From: Octopus sinensis
Taxonomy: Eukaryota
Assembly (NCBI RefSeq): GCF_006345805.1
Contig: NC_043000.1
Span: forward strand, 105,896,001 to 105,960,000
DNA: 64,000 nt
Direction of reading: 5' to 3'
Made by a program: the position numbers and the translations under genes
Notes under the pieces: generated by a model
What the model was told of the DNA's origin: nothing
The model's database searches: none
The model's input: only the letters and a program-made list of their open reading frames with translations
In this document: positions 1 to 12,252 of the stretch, piece after piece
How the letters are laid out: every line of letters begins with the position of its first letter
Numbering within the stretch: the stretch's first letter is position 1

Positions 1-378
1 CTCCTACCTCTACCCGGAATTCTTCACTGTACACATTTCCAACCCTCACCCTACTAGCGGCGTCCCTGTACATGGCCCGCACAGCTCTCACTAACCATTC
101 ATCTATCCCTAGTTTCCTCATTGCCCACCAGATAAGGGATCGGGGGACCCTGTCGAAGGCTTTCTCCATGTCAACAAAAGCCAGGTACAGGGGCTTATCT
201 TTGGCTAGGTATTTCTCCTGCAGCTGCCTTACCAGGAATATAGCATCAGTAGTACTTTTCCCTGGCACAAACCCAAACTGCATCTCATCTAAACTAACTC
301 TCTCTCTAATTAGTTGGGCTATGACCCTCTCTGTAACCTTCATCACCTGGTCCAACAGCTTGATACCTCTGTAGTTAT
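1..378 (-). mobile_element. RTE-clade LINE reverse transcriptase fragment (5' truncated, runs off the window start)
   Basis: Minus strand reads open as YRGIKLLDQVMKVTERVIAQLIRERVSLDEMQFGFVPGKSTTDAIFLVRQLQEKYLAKDKPLYLAFVDMEKAFDRVPRSLIWWAMRKLGIDEWLVRAVRAMY. The track ORF 72..374 is its antisense. Confidence 0.92.
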
Positions 379-434
379 TTGTGATACCTCTGTAGTTATT
401 TGTGATACCTCTGTAGTTATATATATACCTCTGT
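361..434. repeat. 21-bp tandem triplication at the LINE truncation point
   Basis: tgatacctctgtagttatttg at 361 and 382, a near-complete third copy at 403 and a partial copy at 425. Confidence 0.9.
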
Positions 435-1048
435 ATATATATATATATGTTTATATATTCATTTTGTAAGATTCTTGATGGGAAATCGTGTGTTGAAACA
501 GATACTGTTGTATTTGGGGATGGTCATGTTGCCAGTTTGGCCGATAAAAACACATGCACTATATATTTGGTGTTAATTTGCTTCAGCTTTATTTTATTCT
601 TTACATTAATCGTATTTCAGCCAGAGTTCTTTTGTCACACTTCTGTGACCTCATCAGTGGTCCTTTCTTATTTGTGTGTCTTTCCTTACTAATGATCAGC
701 CATTTTGTATTCCTATTGTATGTATCTTTATTTTCGCATGTGTATACCCCTATGTGTGTCTATGTTTAGTAAGTGCATGTGTGTGTGTGTGTGTAGGGGG
801 GAGAAATGTCTGCATTATCCTTATTTGTCTTTACCTTTGAAATGTGGAGTAGATGAAACAGGGACAACTGATGAAGGGGAATATTCTTTATGTTGCATGT
901 CTTGTTTCTCTGTTTTTTTCGTTGTTCGAAAAAAGGTAGTTTTCTATATTTTTGTTTTTATGTTTTCGTTTCTCATTGTGTTCAACGTTTTTTGATGTCC
1001 TGTACCCATATATGCATGTATATATACATATGCATGTATATATGCATA

Positions 1049-1085
<37 letters not shown>

Positions 1086-1090
<5 letters not shown>

Positions 1091-1584
1091 TAGTTTTAGA
1101 GACAGAACCACCCTCAACTCAATCAATATTGAAAGATATACCTGACCGAGCCATAAAATATTAAATATGATACTTACTATATCTATTCAGAATCCTATAC
1201 TTTCTTTTTTAAAGACAATACGTGTTTCATGACAGTATGTTAGTATTGTTGAGATATAAGGTCTCTAGTTTCAATATTCAATTAAATCGATGTTCTCCCA
1301 AACTTCAGGTCTGGATTCTACACATTTATTATATTTAGTAATAAATGCATAGAATCTAGACCTGAAGATTGGGAGTATGTCGATCTAATTGAGTATTGAA
1401 ACTAGAGATATATCTCAACAATACCGACATACTGTCATGAAACATGTGTTGTCTTTAAAATGGAAAGTATGGGATTCTGAATAGATATAGTAAGTATCAT
1501 ATTTAATATTTTATGGCTCGGTCAGGTATAATATCTTTCAATATTGATTGAGTTGAGGGTAGTTCTGTCTCTAAAACTACTTTT
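1086..1584. repeat. ~500-bp fold-back palindrome within TA microsatellite
   Basis: 1086-1331 is the reverse complement of 1339-1584 (aaaagtagttttagagacagaa ... ttctgtctctaaaactactttt), with scattered mismatches and a 7-nt loop. Confidence 0.92.
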
Positions 1585-1689
1585 TTTTATATATATGAAT
1601 AAAATATTGGAATAAGTTCACTTTGGTACCTTTAATTTGAATGTCTCATTCCTGTGGACTCAGAATTAATTTTCCCTAACAATTATAAA

Positions 1690-1693
<4 letters not shown>

Positions 1694-1720
<27 letters not shown>

Positions 1721-1771
1721 CACGCACACATATATATACATACATATAGATATATATGTATATACACATAC

Positions 1772-1842
<71 letters not shown>

Positions 1843-1925
1843 CAAATATATAAAGATATATATGCATATAAATATTTATATACATATATATCTACATATA
1901 CACACATACATATATATACATATAT

Positions 1926-1956
<31 letters not shown>

Positions 1957-2060
1957 CTTATACATATATACACATATATATGAATACACACATATACGTG
2001 CATATACATACCTATATATATATATATATATATATACAAACTTGTATATAAATGCATAGT
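1694..2060. repeat. (TA)n/(TACA)n compound microsatellite
   Basis: Direct inspection; source of several YIYI pseudo-ORFs. Confidence 0.95.
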
Positions 2061-2397
2061 GAAACTAATAGAAATGAAACTAATATACATACACAGAGTG
2101 AAAGTAATTGAAATTGAAACCATATAATAGTGAAACTATTATATCACATTACAGTAGAAATGTTATTGAGGATCCTAAGTAAGGCATGTGTAAAATGTGA
2201 ATGAAATCAGTTGGGTAGTTCTTGAGTTTTAGTGTTGCACACACACACACACACACACATGTGGGATGCTGAAAGGCTCATGACTTTAAGGGTATCATGA
2301 AAGACCTGGCTGGCGATTAAACCTTCAGAGTTCTTTTGCTGGGATTAGAAAAACTGAAGAACCACTGCAATAAGTCTGTGAATCTGAGAGAGGAATA

Positions 2398-2765
2398 TCA
2401 TCATCATCAGCAGCAACAGTATTTAACGACTGCTGTCCTTGCTGGCATGGGTTAGAAGGTTTGACTGGGCTGGCATGCTGAAAGTATGCACCAGGCTCCA
2501 GTCTGATTAGGCACGGTTTTCTATGGCTGGATGCTCTTCCCAATGCCAACCACTCTGAGAGTGTAATGAATGCTTTTACGTGCCACTGGCACGGGTGCCT
2601 TTTGCGTGACACTGGTATCTGCCATGACTGCAATTTTGTTTGGCTTGACGGATCTTCTTCCCAAGCCAGAGGTTTTGGTCATTGCCTCCATGAAGCCAAC
2701 ACTCAAAAGGAACTCGGTCACTTTGCCTCCATGAGGCCCAACACTTGAAAGGAACTCAGCCACCT
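2398..2765 (-). mobile_element. SINE-like element with (GAT)n tail (family C here)
   Basis: catcatcatc followed by tttaacg..ccatgctggcatgggtt..gcaccaggctccagtctgat..ggctggatgc.cttcc.aatgccaaccact; the same family recurs more than 12 times in the window. Confidence 0.75.
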
Positions 2766-3099
2766 CCTGTATTTTCTTCTACCCAAAGCTGGGAACCTTA
2801 CAGCACCTACTTACGCATTGTCTTCTTACATTAGCAAAAAGTTACAGGATAGGATGTTTACTTGAATGAATCAAATGACTGTAAATTACTTATTGGTACT
2901 TAGTTTTATCAACTCTGGGTGGTTGAAGGGCAAAATTCAGTTCATGTGAGTTCTGAATTCAGAATACAAAGGACTTAACTAAATAATTTTTGTCTGGCAC
3001 TACTGATATTGATACTGACTCCACTACCCTAGAAAATTTAAAATATTTGTATTCTTTACTAAGTACAAGAATTTTAAATTTTCATGTTTAAGATTACAA

Positions 3100-3246
3100 A
3101 TACAAACTCTCTATCTTTCTATTTGTTTATCTTTCTCTAGATCTATATATAATCTGCTTATCTCTGTTTCTATCTTATCTACCAGTTACTACCCATCCAT
3201 CAATCAATTTACTTCTCTCTTTTCTTTCTCTCTATCAGTCCCACTC

Positions 3247-3285
<39 letters not shown>

Positions 3286-4902
3286 TGCATATATATACAT
3301 ACACCCACACATATATATATAATATATATGTATATATTTATATACATATATATATAGGTGTATATATAATGTGTATATGTATGTATATGTGTGTATATGT
3401 ATGTATATGTGTGTGTGTGTGTGTGCACACACACATACACACTGATGTACATACACCCACCTCCATATTTTACTACCATACCTGTTTCCTATCGACGTTG
3501 GCCTTCCGTGATCTCTTTTGTATATATCTACGTTGTCAAGGCAACCAACTACTGCCAATCTTTTCTCTCCATTAGTTTCTATTAGTTTCTTTAAACTTGC
3601 TTTAGGCTTCCCCCACTCACTCATCCTGACCTCTTTCTCTCTCTCCCTCTCCCTCTACAACAGATAATGATAATGATGAGAGGATAATACACTTCAGTAT
3701 TATGATGATAATGAGAATGATGACGAGGATGATGATGATGATTAGGAGGAAGAGGATAATGGATGGAGAAGATGATGTTGATGATGGAAAATACATTATC
3801 CTCTGTCTCCTGCTCAAACACTATGCTTCACTATCTTTTCACTCAAATTCATTTTCTCTCCTTTATAGATATACAAACACACACACACACACACACCAGC
3901 ATACACATGTAGGCTCTTGCAAATTTATCCCCTTTTTTTGTTTTTCCAATTCCTCTTGTTTTTCAAGACGTCCCCTCCCCCACATTTTCTCTCATTTTAT
4001 TTCTCACTATATTGCTCTCCCAAGCACTTTTTTACACACCCACACACGCATGCACACACACACACCACACACACACACAATCTCACTACTTTTATTCATC
4101 ACACACATTTTACTCTTTCTGTTACTCCCTGTCCTTCATTACTCTCTTTCTCACTCACTTTACTCTTCCACATACTCTGTTTCTCCCTCCTTCTCTCTCT
4201 CTCATGTGATCTTGATTTCCCTCTGTATGTTCAATTTACAATAGCTTTTCTATTCAAGTGTTTCATTTGGCTCAGGTGTACCGATTGTTATTAAACACGC
4301 ATACACCTGTGCACATACGCACACAGATACTCCATAAATACTTGGAAACTGCCACAGACACACACATGCGTGTGCATACACACACACACACACATATGAA
4401 TTCAAGGAGACAAGAAAGTAAGACATGTATGTGTGTGTATGTTTATATATGTGAGCTAGTGTGTTTGTGAGTGAGAAATAACATAAGAAAGTGTGTGTGT
4501 GTGTGTGTGTGTGTAAAATAAAGTCAGAGAGAATGAGTGTGTGCAGTGTATAATGAGAGTTTGTGTATGTGTAAAGAATAAAAAGTGTGCATGCGTGTGA
4601 AGAATAAAATGATAGCTTATATGTGTGTAAGGAATAATGCAAAAGTGTGTGTATGTGTATGTATGAGGAATAATGTGAGCAAAAGTGTGTTTGTGTGTGC
4701 AATTTGCTGCCCCACAGCCCTAACTAAACATTGTTGGTTGGTCATTGGATAAGGTTTCCTTCGTGAAATATAGACCAACTGCCGTTATTACAGCAGCAAC
4801 AGGGCAAATTCTAATTAATTAGACTTCACATGGACAAGGGAATGCAAACCCCTTTCCTCCCACTTCCTTGTGACATGTGGTGGTTCTGATGGGAGACAGA
4901 GG

Positions 4903-4939
<37 letters not shown>

Positions 4940-5094
4940 CGAGGTGGGGGAGAGAGAAAACAATGTCTTTGTGTCTCACCTTTCTTCTGTTGATATATCT
5001 TCTTTTACATCACTAATTACATGGTTTGTGTGTGCGTGCGCGCGCGCGCACAGATAGATAGCTAGGTTGACAGATAAATAGACAGACAGATAAC

Positions 5095-5129
<35 letters not shown>

Positions 5130-5220
5130 GGCGGTACCCCAGCATGGCCACAGCTCGTGAGCTGAAACTAGATAAAATGATAAAAATGATAGATGTATAG
5201 ATAGATAGATAGATAACACA
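3100..5220. repeat. Low-complexity field: (TA)n, (CA)n, (GAT)n, (GT)n, (GA)n, (GATA)n
   Basis: Direct inspection; explains the ORFs at 3204-5261. Confidence 0.9.
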
Positions 5221-5409
5221 GAAATAAATGAAGAGGAGGTAAAAAGAAATATGAATGACAAAATATTGCTTTATAGAAAATTTTTGATCAAAATTACAGT
5301 TTCTATTAGAATATCTGATACCCTACTTTCATGTTGTTACGTTTTGTTTCATTGATGTTGTGCATAGTTGCATTTTGTGACTTTTCTGTGTCAGGGTGCT
5401 ATTACCTTG

Positions 5410-5760
5410 TGCTGGTAACCAAGGTTTTCCTTTCAGAGTAAAGAGTAGTTTGTATGATGCAGGCTGTGAATGTGGAAGATTTGTATCAGTTAGAAAGAAA
5501 TGAAGTGAGCATGCTCCACTGGATGTGTAGAGTTAGTGTGTATGAATGACAGAGCTGAGAGAAAAACTGAAAATTAGAGGACTAAGATATAAACTACAAG
5601 AGAGAAGAATGTGCTGGTACAAACTTGTGATGTGTACAGAGGATGTTAGTTGTATTCAGAAGTTCAGAGAGCTTGAAGTGGATAGAATCTGTAAAAGAGG
5701 AAAACCTAGAGAAATATAGGATAAAGTGAAAACTGATCTTAAGAAGCTGAATGAGATGAC
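5410..5760 (+). mobile_element. Decayed 3' end of an RTE LINE ORF
   Basis: Broken translation FPFRVKSSLYDA..VNVEDLYQLERNEVSMLHWMCRVSVYE..LREKLKIRG, similar to the RTE C-terminal region. Confidence 0.7.
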
Positions 5761-5835
5761 AAATGGCCATGACAGGTTGTGGCACATAGGGTTGGTAACA
5801 TGTTTATGCAAATTGTGCTGATGATTCTTTTATTC

Positions 5836-6230
5836 TTTTACTTGTTTCTGTCATTTAACTGTGGCCATGTTGGAGCACTGCCTTAAAGGGTTTTAGTTGA
5901 AGAAATTGACCGTAAGACTTATTCTTTGTAAGCCTAGTACTTATTCTATCAGTCCCTTTTGCCGAATTGCTAAGTTATGGGAATATAAACACACCAGCAC
6001 CGGTTGTCAAGCAGCGATGGGAAGACAAACACAGACACAAAGATACACACATATATATATATGTATATGACGGGCTTCTTTCAGTTTCCACCTACCAAAT
6101 CCGCTCACAAGGCTCTGATTAGCCCGAGGCTATAGTAGAAGACAATTGCCCATGGTGTCAAGCAGTGGGACTGAACCCAGAACCATGTGGTTGGGAAGCA
6201 AGCTTCTTACCACACAGTCACGCCTGCACC
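5836..6230 (-). mobile_element. Composite tRNA-derived SINE (family A+B)
   Basis: Reverse complement of the element at 10344-10742 (tRNA-like head, ggcaattgtcttctactatagcctcggg core, gtttgtc..aagtactaggctt..gaaacaagtaaaa tail). Confidence 0.85.
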
Positions 6231-7639
6231 TGTAATGCATAAAACATCTTCATTAGTCTTCTGCCCATTATATTCCTTTTCCAGTCTCCATCTACCTTCA
6301 TGTCTACCACTACCTACTCTTAATATTCGCTACACTATACTTCCTATATAACATAGTCAATCTTCCCCACTATTATCCTTTATCTCTCTCCCTTCTTTCT
6401 ATTTCTATACCTGAGCAATGAGGCTTAGCATTGGATGTATTCTAATTCATTAATTCTAGCATCACCCTTCTTTACTGCCAGTCATCACTCTTTCTCCCTC
6501 TTGTCGCTTTGCTTTCACATCTACCACTTTCTCCATTGACCATCTTTATTACTATTATTCATCATCATGCTAAGTTTTCTATTCTATCTCCTTATTAGCA
6601 ACCATCATGTAGCTATCACTATCTCCTCCATAACTCCCTCCTCTAACATCCTTTCAATCCTAGCACTCTGTTTCCCCCATCACACTCACAAGGATCTCTT
6701 TTTTTTATACGCTTGGTCATTTCCCCTCCTCTCTATCTATCTATCTATCTATTTATCTATATCTATCTATTTATTTCTTCCCCTCTTTTATTCAATCTCT
6801 AGGGCATGTTTGCCTTAAATGAATGGTAACAACATAGAGTAGAGCACCCAGTGTGTAAAACAGGTAGATTTAGGAAGGGCATCTAGCAGTAGAAATAATA
6901 TCAAGAATGGAATATACAAATGAGATATGATCCTTTGATCTAAGAAGGCAGTAACCCTGAATAAGAATTTACTCGGACCATGACGATCTCTCCAATCCAT
7001 GCCTGCATAGTGAGTAGATGTAAAATTATAACAATGACGATTTTATATCATCATCATCATCATCATTTTGTTTCATTCACTTTCCATGCTGGCATGGGTT
7101 GAATAGTCTGACAAAATCCAGTGGGTTGATGGACCATATTTTGCTCCAATGTTTCAGATTTGACAAAGTTTTCTATGGCTGGATGTCCTCCTAACCACCA
7201 GTTACTTTTCAGATTTTACTGGGTGCATTACTTCATAGCACCAACACTACAGAAGTTGACATGTCCTCAGCAAGGCTAAAGAATCCTTTCAATCCTGTAT
7301 TGTCTTTATTTGATATGCCAGCCACAGAGTGTACTGGATGCATTTTTTATCAGCTGTAGTAAGGTTACCTTGTAACTCACTAGGCTAAAGAGTTCCTACA
7401 ATTGAAAGAAAGGACAAGGGAAAGAATGGTGAAAGAAGTTAAAATATATGAAGGTAGGAACAGGTTTATTATTGTAAGTAGTAGTGGTGGTGGGGGGGGG
7501 AGGATTACAGAGGAATAATGGAAGAGACTAGGGAAAGAGGAAGGGAACAGGCAGTGTTAGGGAGATGATGGGTAGAAAGGATCCAGTGCCATCTTACATT
7601 ACATCTTCAACGTTTTATGTTTGTTTTCCATGCTGGCAT

Positions 7640-7808
7640 GGGGTTGGCTGGCTCATCCAGGATCCAGATTAGTTTTCATTGGAATTATAGTTCCTTTAAG
7701 TCATATGTTTACATCATAGTTTTGGGGTTGGCTGGCTCATCCAGGATCCAGATTAGTTCTCATTGGAATTATAGTTCCTTTAAGTCATATGTTTACATCA
7801 TAGTTTTG
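7640..7808. repeat. 84-bp tandem duplication inside a family C SINE
   Basis: ggggttggctggctcatccaggatccagattag... at 7640 and 7724; one mismatch seen. Confidence 0.9.
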
Positions 7809-8031
7809 GTATAGTTTTTGTGGCTGGATGTCTTTCCTAACACCAACTATTTTACAGAGTGTACTGGGTACATTATTGCAGCACCAGCACCAAAGAGGAT
7901 GTCATGCTTCAGCAGGACTAAATAATCCTCTCAATTTTGTTAGGCTTTATCAGTAGTATGTACTCACATCCAGCCACATGTCTAGACAGGATCTGTTAAC
8001 TCTGATATGTAGGAAACAGTGAATAAAACAT

Positions 8032-8070
<39 letters not shown>

Positions 8071-8092
8071 CACATGTTTTATTATTATTATT

Positions 8093-8830
8093 GGCAGAAT
8101 TGTTAGAACATCAGACAAAATACCTTGCAGTATTTAGTTATGGCTCTTTACATTCTGAGTTCGAATCCCAAAGTCTTGGAGTCAATAAATAAAAGTATCA
8201 GTCAAGTGCTAGAGTTCATTTTAATTGTCTAATCTGTCTCCAAAATTTTGGCTTTGTGCCTAAGTAAGAAATTATAATTATGAGCTTGGCAAATAAAATA
8301 CCCCTGCAGTATTTAAGTTATGTTCCTTTACATATTGAGTAAAATTCCAATGATCAATAAAATAAGCACCAGCCATGTACTGGGATTTAATTTTTTATAC
8401 AATACCTTCCTCTCTTATGTTGGTAGGATAGAAATCCTTATTATTTCCATATGATTGGTGTAACAAAAAACTACCTCACTGCATTTAGTTACGTCATTTT
8501 ACAATCTAGGTTTCAGTACCTGTCAAGTACAAGGGCTTAATTGATTGACTCTTCTTTGCTCCAGAATTTGGGGCTTTTGTATTTATGTTAGGAATCTTTA
8601 GTACTATCATAAAAGTGGTGGATTAGTAGAATCAGTAGGGAGTGGCCAACAAAATATTTAACAAATTTTGATTATGTCATTTATCTTCTGAGTTAAAACT
8701 CTCACCAGATTCAAAATTTACCTAGCATTCTTCAGTGGTTGGGTGGATCAGTAAAATCAGTGTGAGTCAAGTATTTGGGTTGATTTAATTGCTACATCAC
8801 TCTTATAAAATGTGTGGCCTTATTCTAAGA
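8093..8830 (+). repeat. Decayed head-to-tail array of about four SINE-derived units (170-185 bp period)
   Basis: Recurrent aaaatac..tgcagtatttagttat...tttacattctgagtt motif near 8117, 8295, 8465 and 8651. Confidence 0.55.
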
Positions 8831-9349
8831 GAGGTACAAGACCACAAATTTAGAGAGAAGGTAAAGCTGAGAGTGAAACCACAGTTTTGTTACTGTGTTA
8901 GAAATACTTATTATTTTCATATTTTAGAAACTTGAGATGATTGTGTACATAAAGTTTTGGCTTCTAGGTGGAAGATATGTGGCTTCATAGCCATATGCCC
9001 TGTGCACTACTCTAAAGGTGATTCTCCACAACTTACCCCACAAAGACATATTAATGAGAGAGCCTCTACATAGTTGCTCAGTGCTATATATAGCAATGAA
9101 ATTTCCTTCAAACCATAACCTATTGTCTTAGAAAAAAAGACTGACATTGGATAATGTAGTCTTAGATACACAAAGTTGGAATAAAAGATGGGATGGTCAC
9201 AGCTAGAACACTTTTGATCAAGAATCTGCTGGCCTGAGTCCAAACAAAAAACTCACAAAGTAACTGTGTTTTTAGGTATGACACTCAAATTTCTTCTATC
9301 CTTACATGGTACATCAATCTCTTGCTAAACTCCTCACCTGGATTGGCCC

Positions 9350-9540
9350 GCATGCTGGTGGAATGTAAAAGTACCCACTACACTATCGGAGTGGTTGACA
9401 TTAGGAAGGGCATCCAGCTGTAGAAACTCTGCTAGATCAGATTGGAGCCTGGTGCAGCCATCTGGCTTGCCAGTCCTGTCAAACCATCCAATCCATGCCA
9501 GCATGGAAAGTGGATGTTAAACAATGATGATGATGATGAT
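9350..9540 (+). mobile_element. Family C SINE ending in (GAT)n
   Basis: ttaggaagggcatccagctgtagaaac..gccagtcctgtcaaaccatccaatccatgccagcatggaaagtggatgttaaacaatgatgatgat. Confidence 0.8.
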
Positions 9541-10304
9541 TCCATCAACTCTGATTAGTTACATGGCCCACTCGTTTCCCATTGTACATCAACAATCTGT
9601 TTATTGTCACCATTTATATTGTTTTCTCTTAAGCAGATTATATTATCCTTTGCTTTTCATGAACAGGTTTCATCCACATCCAACCTAGATACTACATGTC
9701 AATCCTTCAATGTGTCCATGAAGAGAGGGAGACTTCAAAAGCATTCTCCAAGGGGGACATGACAACCATGTCCATTTGTACATCACAAAGACATAATTAC
9801 TGCTCATAACTAGGAAATAAACTTCCATCTCTCCCTCTATAATCATTGGACAATACACAAAACAGTTAAAGTCTTTAGAAATGATAGGACCTGAAATTAC
9901 CTATGATCTGCCACACACACACACACACATAGAAAAAGCTGTGTCTTAAAGATTAACATTTTTCTTCAGAGTCAAGTAATACTTTTGACCTGAAGCTGAA
10001 GTGAAATCCACAATGGAATACTGCTCCCACATTTGAAACTGGACTAGAGAAGTGTAAATGTAACCAAACACGTTTGTATATACATACATATATGTGTGTG
10101 TGTGTTAGATTGCTCTTAAGTGCTACTGGTTGCATGTAATTCAGTACATCCTGTTTCATAGACAAGCTGTAGGCAACTAAACTGGCAACACCAGCAAGAA
10201 AAGTACTTGGTGAGTAGGGTGATTTCCGGTTACCCTACAGGATGAAAAACAAGATCCATCAAAGGGTGGATGAACTCAGAAGGATCAATGCTCATCCAAT
10301 TACA

Positions 10305-10343
<39 letters not shown>

Positions 10344-10345
<2 letters not shown>

Positions 10346-10744
10346 CGTAGGAGTGGCTGTGTGGTAAGTAGCTTGCTTACGAACCACATGGTTCCAGGTT
10401 CAGTTCCACTGTGTGGCGCCTTGGGCAAGTGTCTTCTACTATAGCCTCGGGCCGACCAAAGCCTTATGAGTGGATTTGGTAGATGGAAACTGAAAGAAGC
10501 CTGTCGTATATATGTATATATATATGTATGTGTGTGTATATGATTGTGTGTCTGTGTTTGTCCCCCGCAACATTGCTTGACAACCGATGCTGGTGTTTAT
10601 GTCCCCGTAACTTAGCAGTTCGGCAAAAGAGGCCAATAAAATAAGTACTAGGCTTACAAAGAATAAGTCCTGGGGTCGATTTGCTCGACTGAAGGCAGTG
10701 CTCCAGCATGGCTACAGTCAAATGACTGAAACAAGTAAAAAATG

Positions 10745-10775
<31 letters not shown>

Positions 10776-11184
10776 TATATATATATAGGCGTAGGAGTGG
10801 CTGTGTGGTAAGTAGCTTGCTTACGAACCACATGGTTCCAGGTTCAGTTCCACTGTGTGGCGCCTTGGGCAAGTGTCTTCTACTATAGCCTCGGGCCGAC
10901 CAAAGCCTTATGAGTGGATTTGGTAGATGGAAACTGAAAGAAGCCTGTCGTATATATGTATATATATATGTATGTGTGTGTATATGATTGTGTGTCTGTG
11001 TTTGTCCCCCCAACATTGCTTGACAACCGATGCTGGTGTTTATGTCCCCGTAACTTAGCAGTTCGGCGAAAGAGGCCAATAAAATAAGTACTAGGCTTAC
11101 AAAGAATAAGTCCTGGGGTCGATTTGCTCGACTGAAGGCAGTGCTCCAGCATGGCTACAGTCAAATGACTGAAACAAGTAAAAA

Positions 11185-11220
<36 letters not shown>
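10344..11220 (+). mobile_element. Two near-identical composite SINE A+B copies in tandem (444-bp period)
   Basis: ggcgtaggagtggctgtgtggtaag starts at 10344 and 10788; each ends gaaacaagtaaaaaatg plus (TA)n; about two differences seen. Confidence 0.92.
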
Positions 11221-11223
<3 letters not shown>

Positions 11224-11390
11224 CATATATATATATTTGTATGAGGACTTAAAAGTTTCTGGTTTGGTACCCAAGTGCACATTTAGCTTACCAGGGTGAG
11301 TTGGACTCCTAGATAACTAATATATAAATATAATATATATCCTAGATAACTGTGAAGATAACTAATCCAAGAGATTAGTTGATAGAGAAG

Positions 11391-11409
11391 CCAGAGAGAG
11401 AGAGAGAGG

Positions 11410-11465
<56 letters not shown>
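11391..11465. repeat. (GA)n microsatellite
   Basis: Direct inspection. Confidence 0.95.
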
Positions 11466-11469
<4 letters not shown>

Positions 11470-12252
11470 TGTTTCTGTATTAAGAAGCAGTGTACTCAGT
11501 GCTGAGAGCTTGTGCAACATCATATAGCTTCCTCAACTGTAAGGTAATGAAGGTGGACTGGTAGGCTCTCTTCCTATTAAGTTAACCCTAAAGTTTTGTA
11601 AATTTCTTTTTGGTATTTAGGGAATGCTACAGACTTTTTTCAACTCATCAGTTATATACAGGCTTCACTATATTTGCTGAAGTTTATAGTTTTATAAATA
11701 AATGAAAAGGTTTAATTAGAATGACTAGAATGAATAAAACGAAACTTTTTCAGAATTTCATGACTGAAGCTTCTTGGGCTTATTAACTTTTAAAATATCA
11801 CCTTTGTTGCTTCAAGAACCAGGATGGAGGACAAAAAAATGCATTTGGGGACACAGGAGAGAATATGAATACCTATCTTGATAAGAAGCTTTAAACAGAA
11901 CAGGTTATTTGTCATGACTTTTAGACCACTGCCTAGATGGCCTAAATAGCATTCTCAAAGGACATGTTTGCACACAACTGTCCTTGTTCACCCTAAATTT
12001 CAACTAGTTCAGATAATAGATAAAATATACAATAAACCCTTTATATTTTGGATTTAACAAACCAAATAATAGTATTAGCACAGCAAAATACTCTCACTAC
12101 ACTTTAAAAATTTAATAATTTTATATTGTGCAATAGTTGTCTTCAATTTCAATGGGCTTTTGGCATTAATGAACACAACTTACCTTCCTTTTTATTAGTC
12201 TGTTAAATTGAGAGTTCAATAAGTTTTTTTTTTTACTTCATACACGAATATA

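Noticed and set aside
72-374. 100-aa plus-strand ORF MARTALTNH...
   Set aside because: It is the antisense shadow of the RTE reverse transcriptase on the minus strand.
600-700. Minus-strand CTGATGA-stem-...GAAA resembling a hammerhead ribozyme
   Set aside because: The hairpin gtcaca/tgtgac is followed by AAAA rather than GAAA, and I could not build stems I and III or a UH cleavage site. At most a decayed relic. The same applies to the gaatgtaggctcgaaa motif near 48590.
447-5261. Many 60-180 aa ORFs (YIYI, CVCV, HTHT, MMMM types)
   Set aside because: They are translations of (TA)n, (GT)n, (CA)n and (GAT)n repeats that lack stop codons; there are no splice or homology signals.
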